DNA of 64,000 nt, taken from the NCBI RefSeq assembly GCF_016432865.1, contig NC_067401.1, positions 39,494,001 through 39,558,000 of the forward strand, given 5' to 3'. The DNA is from Antechinus flavipes (lineage: Eukaryota). Under the pieces are notes generated by a model, which saw only the letters and a program-made list of their open reading frames with translations, did not search any database and was not told where the DNA came from. This document shows positions 25,301 through 36,142 of the stretch, piece by piece. A program made the position numbers and the translations under genes. The first letter of the stretch is position 1; each line of letters opens with the position of its first letter.

Positions 25301-28300
25301 CTTCAGCGACAGGAGACAAAACCTCCGTTAGTTTTCTTTTCTCCCTTGACTCAGTCTCCTATAAATCTATGTTCCCATTTTATTGCTGTTCCATCTCTGG
25401 AGTTCTCAACAGGGAGGAGTCCAAAAGCCAGGCTTAGGGGAGAAATGAAATAAGGCTAAAAAGGTTTTAAGGTTAATATATGTGTTATTTACTCCATTTT
25501 ATGGATCAGAAAATGGGCTTCATGAGATTGTGATTTGCCCATGTTTACAACAGCATCAAAACCAAGATTCTCCCCCGGGCCTTTACCATATCCCCCATCC
25601 AGTGCTACATACCTTGGGTATCTGAGATGCTGCTGTTAACTGCACAGCATGACAACCGGGCCTAGGAGATAATTAATACATGTTTACTTAATAAAAATTA
25701 TTGGCAATATATTTTGATGAATACATTCATAAAAAGGACTTAATTTGGAAAATAGAGGGTCTCCTTTTTTGGATCCAGATTTGATGGCTAGTGAGAAAAA
25801 TGAGACATGATATCTCCTGTCTCTGAGCCATCATCACTTAAGTCATCCCTCTTGCTAAGAGTGCACTTCCGTCCTTCTCATCTCATCCATTTGAAATCCT
25901 CTCCCTCGAAGGCCCTTCCTGCCTCCCTCAACTCTTTCCTGATTCACTTGCTCTGAGAAAAGGGAGATAATCATATTGTATTTATACCTCACAGGGTTAC
26001 TATGAGGAAAGCATTTTGTAAACATTCAGTATATTAATGCAAACTATTCTCTATCTTTTGCTCTTACCAATATAATTCAGTAAGAATATAGTAATCATTT
26101 ATGTGGCAAACACTGCTAAGTGCAGGAGTTACATAAAGAGGAAAAGGGAATGGTCCATGTCTTGAAGGAGCTTACATTCTGAGGGAAAACAATATGTCTC
26201 AAATAAATAAATTCAAAATATATGCAAAGGAAATACAAGATAATTTTGAAGCTGGGTTTGGGTATAGACCAACAACTAAGAAGACCAAGAAAATCCTCAT
26301 CTAGTAGATAGACTTAGAATTTCAAAAGGGGAAGGGAAAGATAGGGATGATTAAGACAGGAGATGAAATATACTATACAGAATACATGTTCTAAGTAGCC
26401 CATTTTGGCAGAATCAATGAAAGGGAGTAATATGAGATGGGTTTTGGAAACTGTGTGGAAGTCAGTTATCTGGTTCTAGAGGTAATAGGGAGACACTGAA
26501 GCTTCTGGAGGTCAGCAGAGACAGAATTATACTATAATGTATGTCACACCTAATTCATTGTAATTACTTAAGGGTCAGTATTGTTATTTTTCCATCTTTG
26601 TATCTCCAGTGCCTATTATAGTTGGCACTGAGTAAGTGCTTATTGAATAAATGAATTATAACAAGTTTTGAAGTGAAAGGTCCTAATCTTATAGACACCA
26701 AGGATCCTTAAGCACTTAAAATAGCAGTGGATATGTCTTTTAGTTTGGTGCTGAGCATCTGGTTGTTGAGGATGGGCAATTAGGTGATGAAGCAGCTGAT
26801 GGTGCTTGTAAAGGGGAGGATGTTGACTCAAGGCTGGTGAGAGCAGAGGTCTTGTGGGGAATAATGTGGAATAGAACACCACACCAAAGTATGTGGAGAG
26901 AATGGGTCTAAAACCTTGCTAGGATAGAGGACCCCATAGAGACAACATATAGACAACAATTATAATATGCAGTATATGGAAACATAGAATATACATATCA
27001 TTTATACAGTAAAACATATCACACTAAAGACAAACAAAGAATGTAAAAACACACACACACATTCCTGACTATATTTCAAGGTCAGGTAATGGAGGAATTA
27101 TGACAAACTGTCCCTGAGGGAAAAAGGGAGGATATCATTTCAGTTTAATGAACATTTATTGTTCCAACTATTTTCAAGGCATTATGTTACGCTCTGGAAT
27201 ACAAAGTTAAACCATGTGGTTCTCTTCCCTCAAAGATTTTAAAATTTTATTTGGGATGGAGGATAGAGCACAAACATGATAAATTATGACACAAAGTTGG
27301 TTGTGATGGGGAATATTCTGGCCTTAAAACATTCTTTAGAAAGTCTAAATATGCAGTGATTGTTTTTATCTGAAGGAATCAAGAGATTTCATGACACCTG
27401 ACTCAAACCCTGAAGAAAAAGATTTCATCAGGCAGAGATGAGAAGGGAGTAAGTTCTAACTATGGGGATTGTCCTGCCCTGATGCAGGAAGATGAAAGGG
27501 AACATAATGACACTGGACAACAACAGTTAATTAGAAGGCCTGTGTTGAACATTAAAATGCAAACTACTCCCCCCCCCAAAAAAAAAAAAGTGGTATGATT
27601 AAGGCAGGAAAGATGTTAAAATCAGATTGTAAAAGAATTTTATTGTCAGAAGGATATTTTTAAAAATTTCTATGGGTAATAAATACTTTCGTTGGAGAAA
27701 ATGAGAGGCAAAGTTAGGAGGAGAGACGAGACAGGGCAGAAATGGTGGTGGTAGGGAAGGAAGGTAGGGGCCCTGTTGATGAGAAGAAGAAACCACTATT
27801 TCCTCTTCAGTTCTAAGTTATTTATCTGCCCCTCCTCTTCCGCCCCCACCTCAGGGAGAGAAAGCTGAAGCTTGCAACACTCCCCAACCCAAATCAGCCC
27901 TGCTCTCCTCCCCATTGGTTCTCCTCTCCTTCCTCCAGCACCCCAAATCTCTTATCTCTCCAGCTGCCACAGGCTTCTGTCCTTCGCCTTTTCCTGTCCA
28001 TCACTGTCACCTCTTTGCCTGAGCTATCAAAACCAGTAGGTCCTCAAGTGGACAAGGAGGAAGCAGTGTTAGGATGGGGGGCGGGGGCAGGAAGAGGAGA
28101 CTGGGAAAACGCTGCTGGCATTGGAGTAAGGGGTTCGCAGAGAAGAGCTGTACCTCGCCATGACTTCTTCACCCCCTTCTCTCTTCCAGGTCTCCAAGTC
28201 TTGAGGAAGATACAACTTTCAGCTACATTTGTTCTACTCTCCTCTTCCTTCCTAGTCTGCCATGGACTGAGGCACTGACTAGTTGAAGGTCCTTAAGATT

Positions 28301-28456
28301 CTACCGTCTCAGGTCCTTCTGACTCATTCTAATTGTCAGTTCCCCCGAGGAGAATAAGGGGAAAAGGGGGGTCTTCAAAGAAGGAGGACCAAGGGACCAG
28401 AAAAGGAGCCCTCTGGGGCCTCGGGCAGGGGGACAAAACTGGAACCATCAGGGAAC

Positions 28457-29619
28457 ATGAGTGAGTTTTGGCACAAACTGGGCTGCTGTGTGGTAGAGAA
28501 ACCCCAGCCGGTGAGTCTCTCTTTTCTCCCCCCCCCCCCCCCCCTTCCCCGACCCCATCACACAAGAGGGAGCATACCTTGTGGTGTTCACACCTGGCAG
28601 GATCTGGTCCTTTCAGGCTCTCTGTGTCTTGTCTGCCAGGCTAGTGTCTCACAGGCAGATAGTACATGAGGCAAAGTTTAAAAAATGGTCTCAGTTTTCT
28701 CCCATCCTGCTCCCTATTCCCTGGTGGGCAGGAAAGGGGGCAGTGCTAGGCAACTACCCATATTGTTCTCTCATCAAACCGAGTGACTTCAGCTGATTCA
28801 GCATCTGCCCTCTAGACCACGGCCCCAGGTCCTTTTTTCCCATCTTCCTGACACAATGTCTTTTTAGTTCTAGTCTCTCCCTCATACTCTGATCTGCCCC
28901 TCTCTCCCATGGTCTTATTGAGGAAAGGGTCTTTCCTCCCTAGAGGATCTGAGCTCCTTGTCCCTCTTTCTCAGCTCTGGCTGACAGCCTTAATTCTTAA
29001 TCTTTTCACCCTTTCCCAACAGAAAAAGAAGAGAAGGCGGATTGACAGGACCATGATTGGAGAACCAATGAATTTTGTTCATCTAACACACATTGGCTCT
29101 GGAGAGATGGGGGCTGGAGATGGACTCTCCATGGTAAATATGAGAAAAGAGGGATGCTTGGAATGGGGATCTAAGATAGGAACTGTTCCCTTCTACTGGA
29201 GACTGAAGCTATTGCCTGGGAGTTTTGAAAAGGAAGTCTCCAAGGCCTATCTCAAAAACATGGTTTTGAAAAGCAAATTGGTGTAAAAAAAAAGATAAAA
29301 ATATAAGCATTATAAAAATGCAGAGTATTATTAGGAAAACTGCTCACATTTCATATTTAAGAATAGACTAAGTGAACGGGGCTGAGACTATATAGCTAGA
29401 AAGGTGAGGTCTAAGAAATGACTTTGTAGTTAAGGAGACTTGGGGTCTGAAGGGTATCTCCTTTCCAGGAAAAATGACTATCTGTGTGGGGAGTTGAGGT
29501 AATGAAGGGTCAATGTCATTCTCTAAGATGCCTTTTCCTCACAGACAGGTGCTGTACAAGAGCAAATGCGGTCCAAGGGAAACCGGGACAGACCGTGGAG
29601 CAGCTCCAGGGGCTTATAG
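28457..29619 (+). CDS. CDC42SE1: CDC42 small effector protein 1 (SPEC1), 79 aa, CRIB domain
   Basis: Coding exons: 28457-28510 ([18 protein letters not shown]; exon starts 28190), 29023-29133 ([37 protein letters not shown]), 29545-29619 ([24 protein letters not shown]; exon ends 29633). N-terminal CC motif and CRIB ([12 protein letters not shown]) intact. Confidence 0.98.
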
Positions 29620-29940
29620 TTCTAAGAGAGATGGTGAGTAAAGGAGAAAGGAGTCCTGTCCACCTCCCCTCCCCATCCTCAGATCTTGTGGCTTGGGTTG
29701 GAAATTAATGGGAAAGGAAAAAAAATGAGTGAAATCTCACAATGAGATCCAGCAGATAGAACAGTGAGTAAAGGACCTCTGAGTAAGAGACAGAAAGAGG
29801 CAGAAATCCAGACACCAAAATATTCAGATATATAGTCTATTTAATGCAAATATCCCATTATGTTTAAATTAGCACAAAGACAGTTGTAGGTCTTTCCCTT
29901 TGGCCTTTAAGCCTTACCATTCCACTCTTTTCCTACTCAG

Positions 29941-32105
29941 GTTTTGCCATCTTGGAATCCCCAGTCCTGTGCTCAGCTAAGAAGAAATGCTGCCCCTTCC
30001 TGAACCAATGACCCCGGGACCTTCCCCTCTGTCTTCCCTACCTATCAGTGTCTAGAAGGGCTTGGGAGCCTGGACTCCTCTCTCTACCACCCTGGTCAAG
30101 CCCCTCCTGGCGATGGGGTCAAGGCAGCAGGACTGACCAAATGACCACTGGCTAACCAGCTCTAGCATTGGATACCCAAGTGACCTGAGATAGGAGTCCT
30201 TATGCCCACCCTTGGGAGGAACCAAGGGTGAAGTTTAGGTTCCTTAATGATGGTCTGGGCCCTGGGCTGCTCTTTAACTTGGACCTCTAGCTTAGGAATC
30301 CTCCTCTTGGGGTAGGTGGGATGTACTGTCAAAGCTAAGGCCATTTTTGTTGATTGCTACCTACATCCACATCCTCTCCAGCTCTCTTCCTGGACTTTCA
30401 GGCAAGTGGCCGGGGAAGATGACCACCTACTTCTCTTATTTCCCCCTTTGGACTCTAGCTCCTCAGCTCCCAGCATTTCAGCCTCTCTTTCGGAATACCT
30501 AGGGCCTTTTAACCCTGGTTTCTATAGCATTAGTATCTATCTGCCAATTATCTCCTCTCCCACCTTTGTTTTTTTATAATTAAAAAGTTAATTTAAGATC
30601 AGTTCTCTTAATTACCCCCAACCATGTCAGGACCTATCACAATCCCCACTGCATCTATTCTCAGGGTTGGGAATTGGGAGAAACCACCTGTGTGCTAAAC
30701 ATTTGTCCTTCTGTCAAATCTTCAGGATCAGGCTTGACCTCCATTGACCTCCCCTGCTGGCACAGGTGAGGGAGAGAATGGAAAAAGAGTTGGGATCTGG
30801 GACTACAGAAGGAAGTTATACCTCAGGGAGGACCTTCTGACCATCCTGAGAGAGAGAGAGAGAGAGAGAGACAGGGCTGGCTACCTTTGAATTTGTAGCT
30901 AGAAACCTCATCATGAATGTGCCCTGCTTGCAGGCAGGGTTCTGCTTGGAGTATAAATCCTAGTAGATTTGAGGTTTGAAGAAGTGTTTTTTCCCCCAAT
31001 GATTTTCAGTTCTGGCCCATCTTAAGAGTCTCTGCAGCTGGGCTGTGGACAGACAGAGCATCCCTTCTAGCCAGGGTTAGCAAGATTCTACACCTTTTCA
31101 AGCCATGCAACTTTATTTTAATATCTGTGTGTATCTAATGTTTCTGTGATCGGTGTATGTTTGTGTGACGTGGTCATTCTTGCTAATTGGAAGAGAGGTC
31201 CCAGAAGGCATTGGTAGAGCACCCTGGGATGGGTAGGACCAGTGCAGTGGTGAAAACTCCACATATTGTTCTTCTGTGCAATATCAGACTCAGGTGGGGG
31301 TTAGGATGAATTCTGAGTAGTTCCCCACCTGATAAAAAAGGCCAGTGTTGTGGGTGTCTCCATACCTCCAATCTTCCTCCGGTGTTCTCTGCTTTTTTCC
31401 CTTTTTGAAGGGGTAGGGAGCAAGATTGAGGAAGGCACAAAGCCAAATCGAAACCTGACCCTCCACTCGAGCGAGGAGTTGTCTAGTCTCTGTGGTCGCC
31501 TCGGTGGCAGGAAGGAGGTGCTAAGTGAGGAACCATTAGCAGCACAGGGCCCAAGACTCAGCTCTTCCATCTTTCCAAGTCCTTTGCCTCCCTTTGCACT
31601 GACTAGGGAGGTCCTTGCATTTGCAAAACTCTGTTCTTCCTACTTTTTAAATATCTCTTTAGATCAACGGTTGATGTGGCACAATAATTTTCTGATTCAC
31701 ACTTGGCTCATCTTTCTGGTTGCTTTGAGGGGTAGCCTCGATTCTAACCCTGAAAGCTAAGTGGAAACTAGAAATCTGCCTGGGAATTGACTTGGTTCTG
31801 GAAGGGTGAGGTACTGTCTGCTCAGCTGGATCTGTGAACACTGGTGGCTTTCATTTCTAGTCTTGGGCCACACTCCTTTTTGTCTTCCCTTTTTGAAAGC
31901 TCTTATACCATTGGCCTTCCCTTTTATGGAACTCACTTGATATTACTTATGCCTTCCCTCATCACTTCTATCAACTTCCAGAAGTGACAGGGGTGGGTTT
32001 GAGAGTCTTAATTTATCAAAACAAAGAAACAACAACAACAACAAAAAACTGCCAGACTTTGTTAAATACATTTTTTTCAAATAAAAAAAAATTCTCCAGC
32101 AAAAA
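29941..32105 (+). other. CDC42SE1: CDC42SE1 terminal 3' UTR exon (3' end inferred from AATAAA at 32080-32085)
   Basis: Pyrimidine tract and CAG acceptor ending 29940. The stop lies 14 nt before the last junction, so the mRNA should escape NMD under the 50-nt rule. Confidence 0.6.
30848..30871. repeat. (GA)12 microsatellite in the CDC42SE1 3' UTR
   Basis: Direct read. Confidence 0.9.
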
Positions 32106-32724
32106 GTTTCAGAAGGATCTTTCTGTGTAGGGGTTTGTGGGAAGGGGGAGGTGGAGAAGAAGAGGGAATGCTGTATCTGGGTGGATGGAATTTAGGAGGT
32201 TCTTGGCTTACCTTGTGGGTACAGGTAAGAAACAAAGGTGGATCTAGCCAAATGAGGCACTTCCCCTGCCTTAAGGAAGGGCTAGACAGAATGAAGGCAG
32301 GGAAAGGAGGGGATGACTTCTGAAGGGCCTCCATTCCTTGACTTTCCTGTTCTCTACTTTTCCTTTTCTTTTACTTTAGATTGACCGAGATTCAGACTAA
32401 CCCTGACATAAGGAAGAAAGTAAATAATTTTTCAGGCTATAACTTGGGATCGGGGAGCCAAGGAAAAAACCTATACAGAAACTCCCTATTCTTTTCTTGG
32501 GAAGAGGGATGTTTCCAGCCTCTTGTAGGCCCAACCACCCTTTCAATAAGATAAAAGACCAAAAGGTTCTGTTCAGTTTTGTTTTGTTTTTATATTATAA
32601 ACAGCCATTACTACTTTACAAAAGATATCTATATGATCTGGAAAGTTAGTAGTGGGAGTGGAAGGGGAAAGAGACTAGGGTGCTGACACCCCTTCCTCCT
32701 CTGGGGCTGGACACGGAGTGGCCA

Positions 32725-35713
32725 TCACCTCTGGTTTCTCTTTGTCTAGGTAGAGAAGAGAAAGGGGGAAATTACAATCACATTTGTATATTATCCCTTC
32801 CCCCGATTTTCCTTCACCTACTATTCTACTGATACTGCTCTCCCTAAAGGTGCTATGCATATTTTTATTTTTTATTTTTGCTGAGGCGCAATTGGGGTTA
32901 AGTGACTTGCCCAAGTTAAGTGACTTAACACTGGAAGTGTTAAGTGTCTGAGATTTGGACTCAGGTCCTCCTGACTTCAGGGCTGGTGCTCTATCCACTG
33001 AGCCACCTAGCTGCCTCCTTGCACACAACTATTTTATAAGATAAGTCTTAAATAGTGGGGGAAATACACCCCTACTAGAATACAAGGGAATCTACTCATT
33101 TCATGCATAAATCTATACTCTCACTGGACATTATGTAAAGCAATCCATTAAAGGGGAGAAATAGGAACAGGCAGTGACCAAGACAAATGTATATTCCTTT
33201 TACCTGGCTTCATCCCCATACTGGAAGATCATCCTACCTCCTCGAATAAAGGAGCAATACTAGGTCAGTGCAAAATAAATCATTACCTAGTCAATCAGTG
33301 CTGTTTGAGCTACTCTAGGTAATTGCCAGCCACTGACTGGTGAATATCTATTGATAAATCATTGATCTATCCACATCTAGGAATTATCAATGGATCAGTT
33401 TCCATTTATTAAGAATCTGTACAATGATTGCTTTGTACAATTTCAGTGATTTATGATGACCAACACAAAGATTAGTCAATGACCAATCAAGAGCTATTTG
33501 ATCAGAACTCTTAACTACTATCTAAAAATGCTGACTTCAATGAACTAAATCATGTATTGATATAAAACTAGTAACAACCATGGATCAGGTAATTCATTGG
33601 ATGAGAGATCATTAGAGCTGGGGCGGTCTTCTTAATCCCCAGTGCTCTGCACATAGCAAGTGCTTAATAATAAATGCCTCATTCTTTCATTCATGCATTG
33701 GTCCCTGATGCTCACCCTTTTTTCCTTAGTCATCAGGGATTGGAGGCCTACCCAGACTTCTTCCAGCCCTTCCCGGACTTGTTTCCAAAATGTTTCATTG
33801 ACGGTGTCTTCTGGACTCCCCAGTGGGGCCAAAACAGCACGGTACTGGCAGGCACCAGGGGCACTGGAAGGGCAAAGGGTGTGATCTAAGGGACATTCAT
33901 TCTTCTCCTGGTTACAGTGGCAGAGGGCATAAGTGCAGGGCTGGCGCTGAGTCTCCAGGCGGCTCATGGCTCCAGATCTAAGACGCCCAGTGAAATCTAA
34001 AATCTTTCCTCCCCGAACTCGGCTCATGAGACCCGTGGGGCAATGACATTGCCATGGTCCCCAAGCCAGCATCACCAAGTGCTTCCCTTGTAGAGGAGCT
34101 GGAATTGTGTTGGAAAACTCCTGTCTCCTTGGTGATGGCTTAGGCGCCCTGAGACCCAGGCTGGAGAAGAATCCTGAGCTCTTACTCTTGGACCCAGGGC
34201 CCAGACCCATCTTTGCCTGCTTAGAGGCCTGCTGCTCCTTTGCCTGTGCCAGTTTCTGAATCTGTTGCTGCTGCTGGTCCTCCCGCAGCTGCTCTTGAAT
34301 TTGTGGCTGCTCCAGCTTCTCAGGGTTCTGTTCCTGCTGCTGCTGCTGCTGCAGCTGCTGCTCCAGCTCCTGTTGCTGCTGCTGCTGCTCCAGCTCCTGT
34401 TGCTGCTGTTGTTGCTCCAGTTCCTGTTGCTGCTGCTGCTGCTCCAATTCCAGTTGTTGTTGTTGCTGCTGCTGCTGCTCCAATTCCAGTTGTTGTTGTT
34501 GTTGCTGCTGTTCCAGCTCCTGCTGCTGCTCCAGCTCCTGCTGCTGCTCCAGCTCTTGCTGCTGCTGTTCCAGCTCCTCCTGCTGCTGCTGCTGCTCCAG
34601 CTCTTGCTGCTGCTGTTCCAGCTCCTCCTGCTGCTGCTGCTGCTCCAGCTCTTGCTGCTGCTGTTCCAGCTGCTGCTGTTCCAGTTGCTGCTGCTCCAGT
34701 TCCTGTTGCTGCTCCAGCTCCTGCTGCTGCTCTTCCATCTCCTGTTTCAGCTGCTGCTGCTGCTCCAGCTCTTGCTGCTGCTGCTCCAGCTCCTGCTGCT
34801 GCTGCTCCGGCTCCTGCTGCTGCTCCGGCTCCTGCTGCTGTTCCAGCTCCTGCTGCTGCTCCGGCTCCTGCTGCTGCTGCTGCTGCTCCAGCTCCTGGTG
34901 GCGCTCCAGTTGATTCTGCTGCTGCTGCTGCTGCTGCTCCAGTTCCTGCTGCTGCTGCTGCTCCAGCTCTTGCTCCTGCTGCTGCTCCAGCTTTTTCAGC
35001 TGCTGCTTCTCCTCCGCGTGAACCTGAATCTGCTTCAGCTCTTGGTCCGGTCTTTGATTCTGCTTCAATCCTCCGGCTTTCTCCTCTTGCCTTTGGCCCT
35101 TTTCCCCCTGCTTTTGCTCCTCGAGCCCCTGCAACTGCTCTTGCGGCTCTCCCCGCCCTCCTTCCTCTCCCTCTCTCTCATCTTGTTGCTCTTGCTCCTC
35201 TAAATCCTGGATTTCGCTCTGTTCCTGGTCCTGCTCCGTTTCCTGCGCTTGGCCCTGATACTGCCCTTGGTCTTCGGAATGCTCCCCCTGCTTCTCCATC
35301 TGGGCAACTTCTTGGTCCCGGTCCTCAGTCTCCTGGGCTGGGTCCTCGTCATTTTCTGGGTCCTCCTTCTGCTCTTCTTCCCCGTCTAACTCCCGGGCCT
35401 TCTTCAGGCCCCGCCCTTCCCGGTTCCCAGGTACCGAGGACATCGAGGCTGCCGGGAGCTTGGCGGCGGCGGCGGGAGCTGCGGGCTTGTCTTCTTCCTC
35501 CCGATTTCGCGTCCTCCCCACCGAAGCAGGTTCATCCCTTTTCGCGATGCTGGGCCAGCCCTTGGTCAGGATCCCCGCTGTGACGGTGTCCCCTTCGCTG
35601 CCCCCAGCCCAATCCGCTCCGGGCTGGCTCTGGACCAGGACCCTGGCTTTTACCGCCCGGGCCCCCAGGAACAGCCACAGGGCCCAGAGTAGCGCGCGGT
35701 CGCTGGGGATCAT
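32725..35713 (-). CDS. C1orf56: Protein MENT (C1orf56) orthologue, 672 aa, signal peptide plus large Gln/Glu-rich repeat expansion plus Cys-rich C-terminal domain
   Basis: Exon 1 33716-35713 (666 codons, ATG 35713, MIPSDRALLWALWLFLGARAVKA signal-like; C-terminal LAWGPWQCHC...RLRSGAMSRL...PCTYALCHC...ECPLD...FWKQVREGLEEVW), donor GTGAG at 33715. Exon 2 32725-32745 (TKRNQR*TGA) after a TAG acceptor; compare recalled human ending IDRNQR*. Sits between BNIPL and CDC42SE1 as in human. Confidence 0.92.
32865..33018 (-). mobile_element. Marsupial CORE-SINE (WSINE1/Mar-type) in the C1orf56 intron
   Basis: T-rich tail, then GCTGAGGCGCAATTGGGGTTAAGTGACTTGCCC...GACTCAGGTCCTCCTGACTTCAGGGCTGGTGCTCTATCCACTGAGCCACCTAGCTGCC. 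Subfamily name from memory. Confidence 0.7.
34328..35005 (-). repeat. Coding interrupted CAG/CAA repeat encoding (E-L/P-E-Q3-8)n
   Basis: CTG/TTG runs on + interrupted by CTCCAGCTC-type units. Longest pure CAG run is 7 codons (34916-34936). Internal 48-bp (34546, 34594, 34642) and 36-bp (34441, 34477) duplications. Confidence 0.97.
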
Positions 35714-36050
35714 GGGAGGACGGGTTTCTAGGCGGTTTGGAGGCGAACAGAAGGGAGGGTCGGGAAGGGGCAGGGGCTCGGCTTCTTTCTCCCTCCCTCC
35801 CTTTTCGTTCCAGACTCCCGGGTTCGTTTGAACTGAGGGAAAGACGCGAGCGCCCCAGGGGAGGGGGAAAGGGGCCTCCGGCAGCTCGTGACGCTTCCCC
35901 TGGGGCGTTGCATGGAAACAGCGGGGCCCTAGCCTCAGAACTCCCACCCCTACCCCGACCTATGGCATCTTTGTCTCTGCTTGGTCCTCCCCCGGAGCGC
36001 CCCTTTCCCCAAGTGTGCAGGTAGGTGCACTGGGCAGAGACTGGCTGTCA
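35380..36050. promoter_or_regulatory. CpG island over the C1orf56 promoter and start of exon 1
   Basis: High CpG density around and upstream of ATG 35713. Confidence 0.75.
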
Positions 36051-36108
36051 CTGGGATGGGAATCGGGGAGGTTTCCTTCACAAAACCGAGTCCTCTCTCG
36101 TAAGTGAC

Positions 36109-36142
36109 TTTATTAAGCTGCAGTTGTACATCTGAATTTATT
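36109..36142 (-). terminator. BNIPL: Two candidate BNIPL polyadenylation signals (AATAAA at 36142-36137 and 36114-36109)
   Basis: TTTATT on + at 36109-36114 and 36137-36142, about 400 nt after the stop and just before the C1orf56 promoter. Confidence 0.65.

Noticed and set aside
31276-31602. miR-92 (GTGCAATA) and miR-148 (TGCACTGA) 8mers in the CDC42SE1 3' UTR
   Set aside because: Cannot be separated from chance in a 2-kb UTR without conservation data.
33632-33715. ORF tail VSIRDQCMNERMRHLLLSTCYVQSTGD
   Set aside because: Read-through past the GTGAG donor into an L2 3' remnant. The real C-terminus is exon 32725-32745.
34240-35583. 447-aa poly-Ala/Pro ORF and 312-aa poly-Leu ORF on +
   Set aside because: Antisense shadows of the CAG-rich C1orf56 exon. 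Both start at TTG, not ATG, and stay open only because CTG repeats lack stops.
35714-35947. 78-codon N-terminal extension of the 771-aa ORF
   Set aside because: It starts at GTG in promoter-like GC-rich DNA. The signal-peptide Met at 35713 matches the orthologue start.
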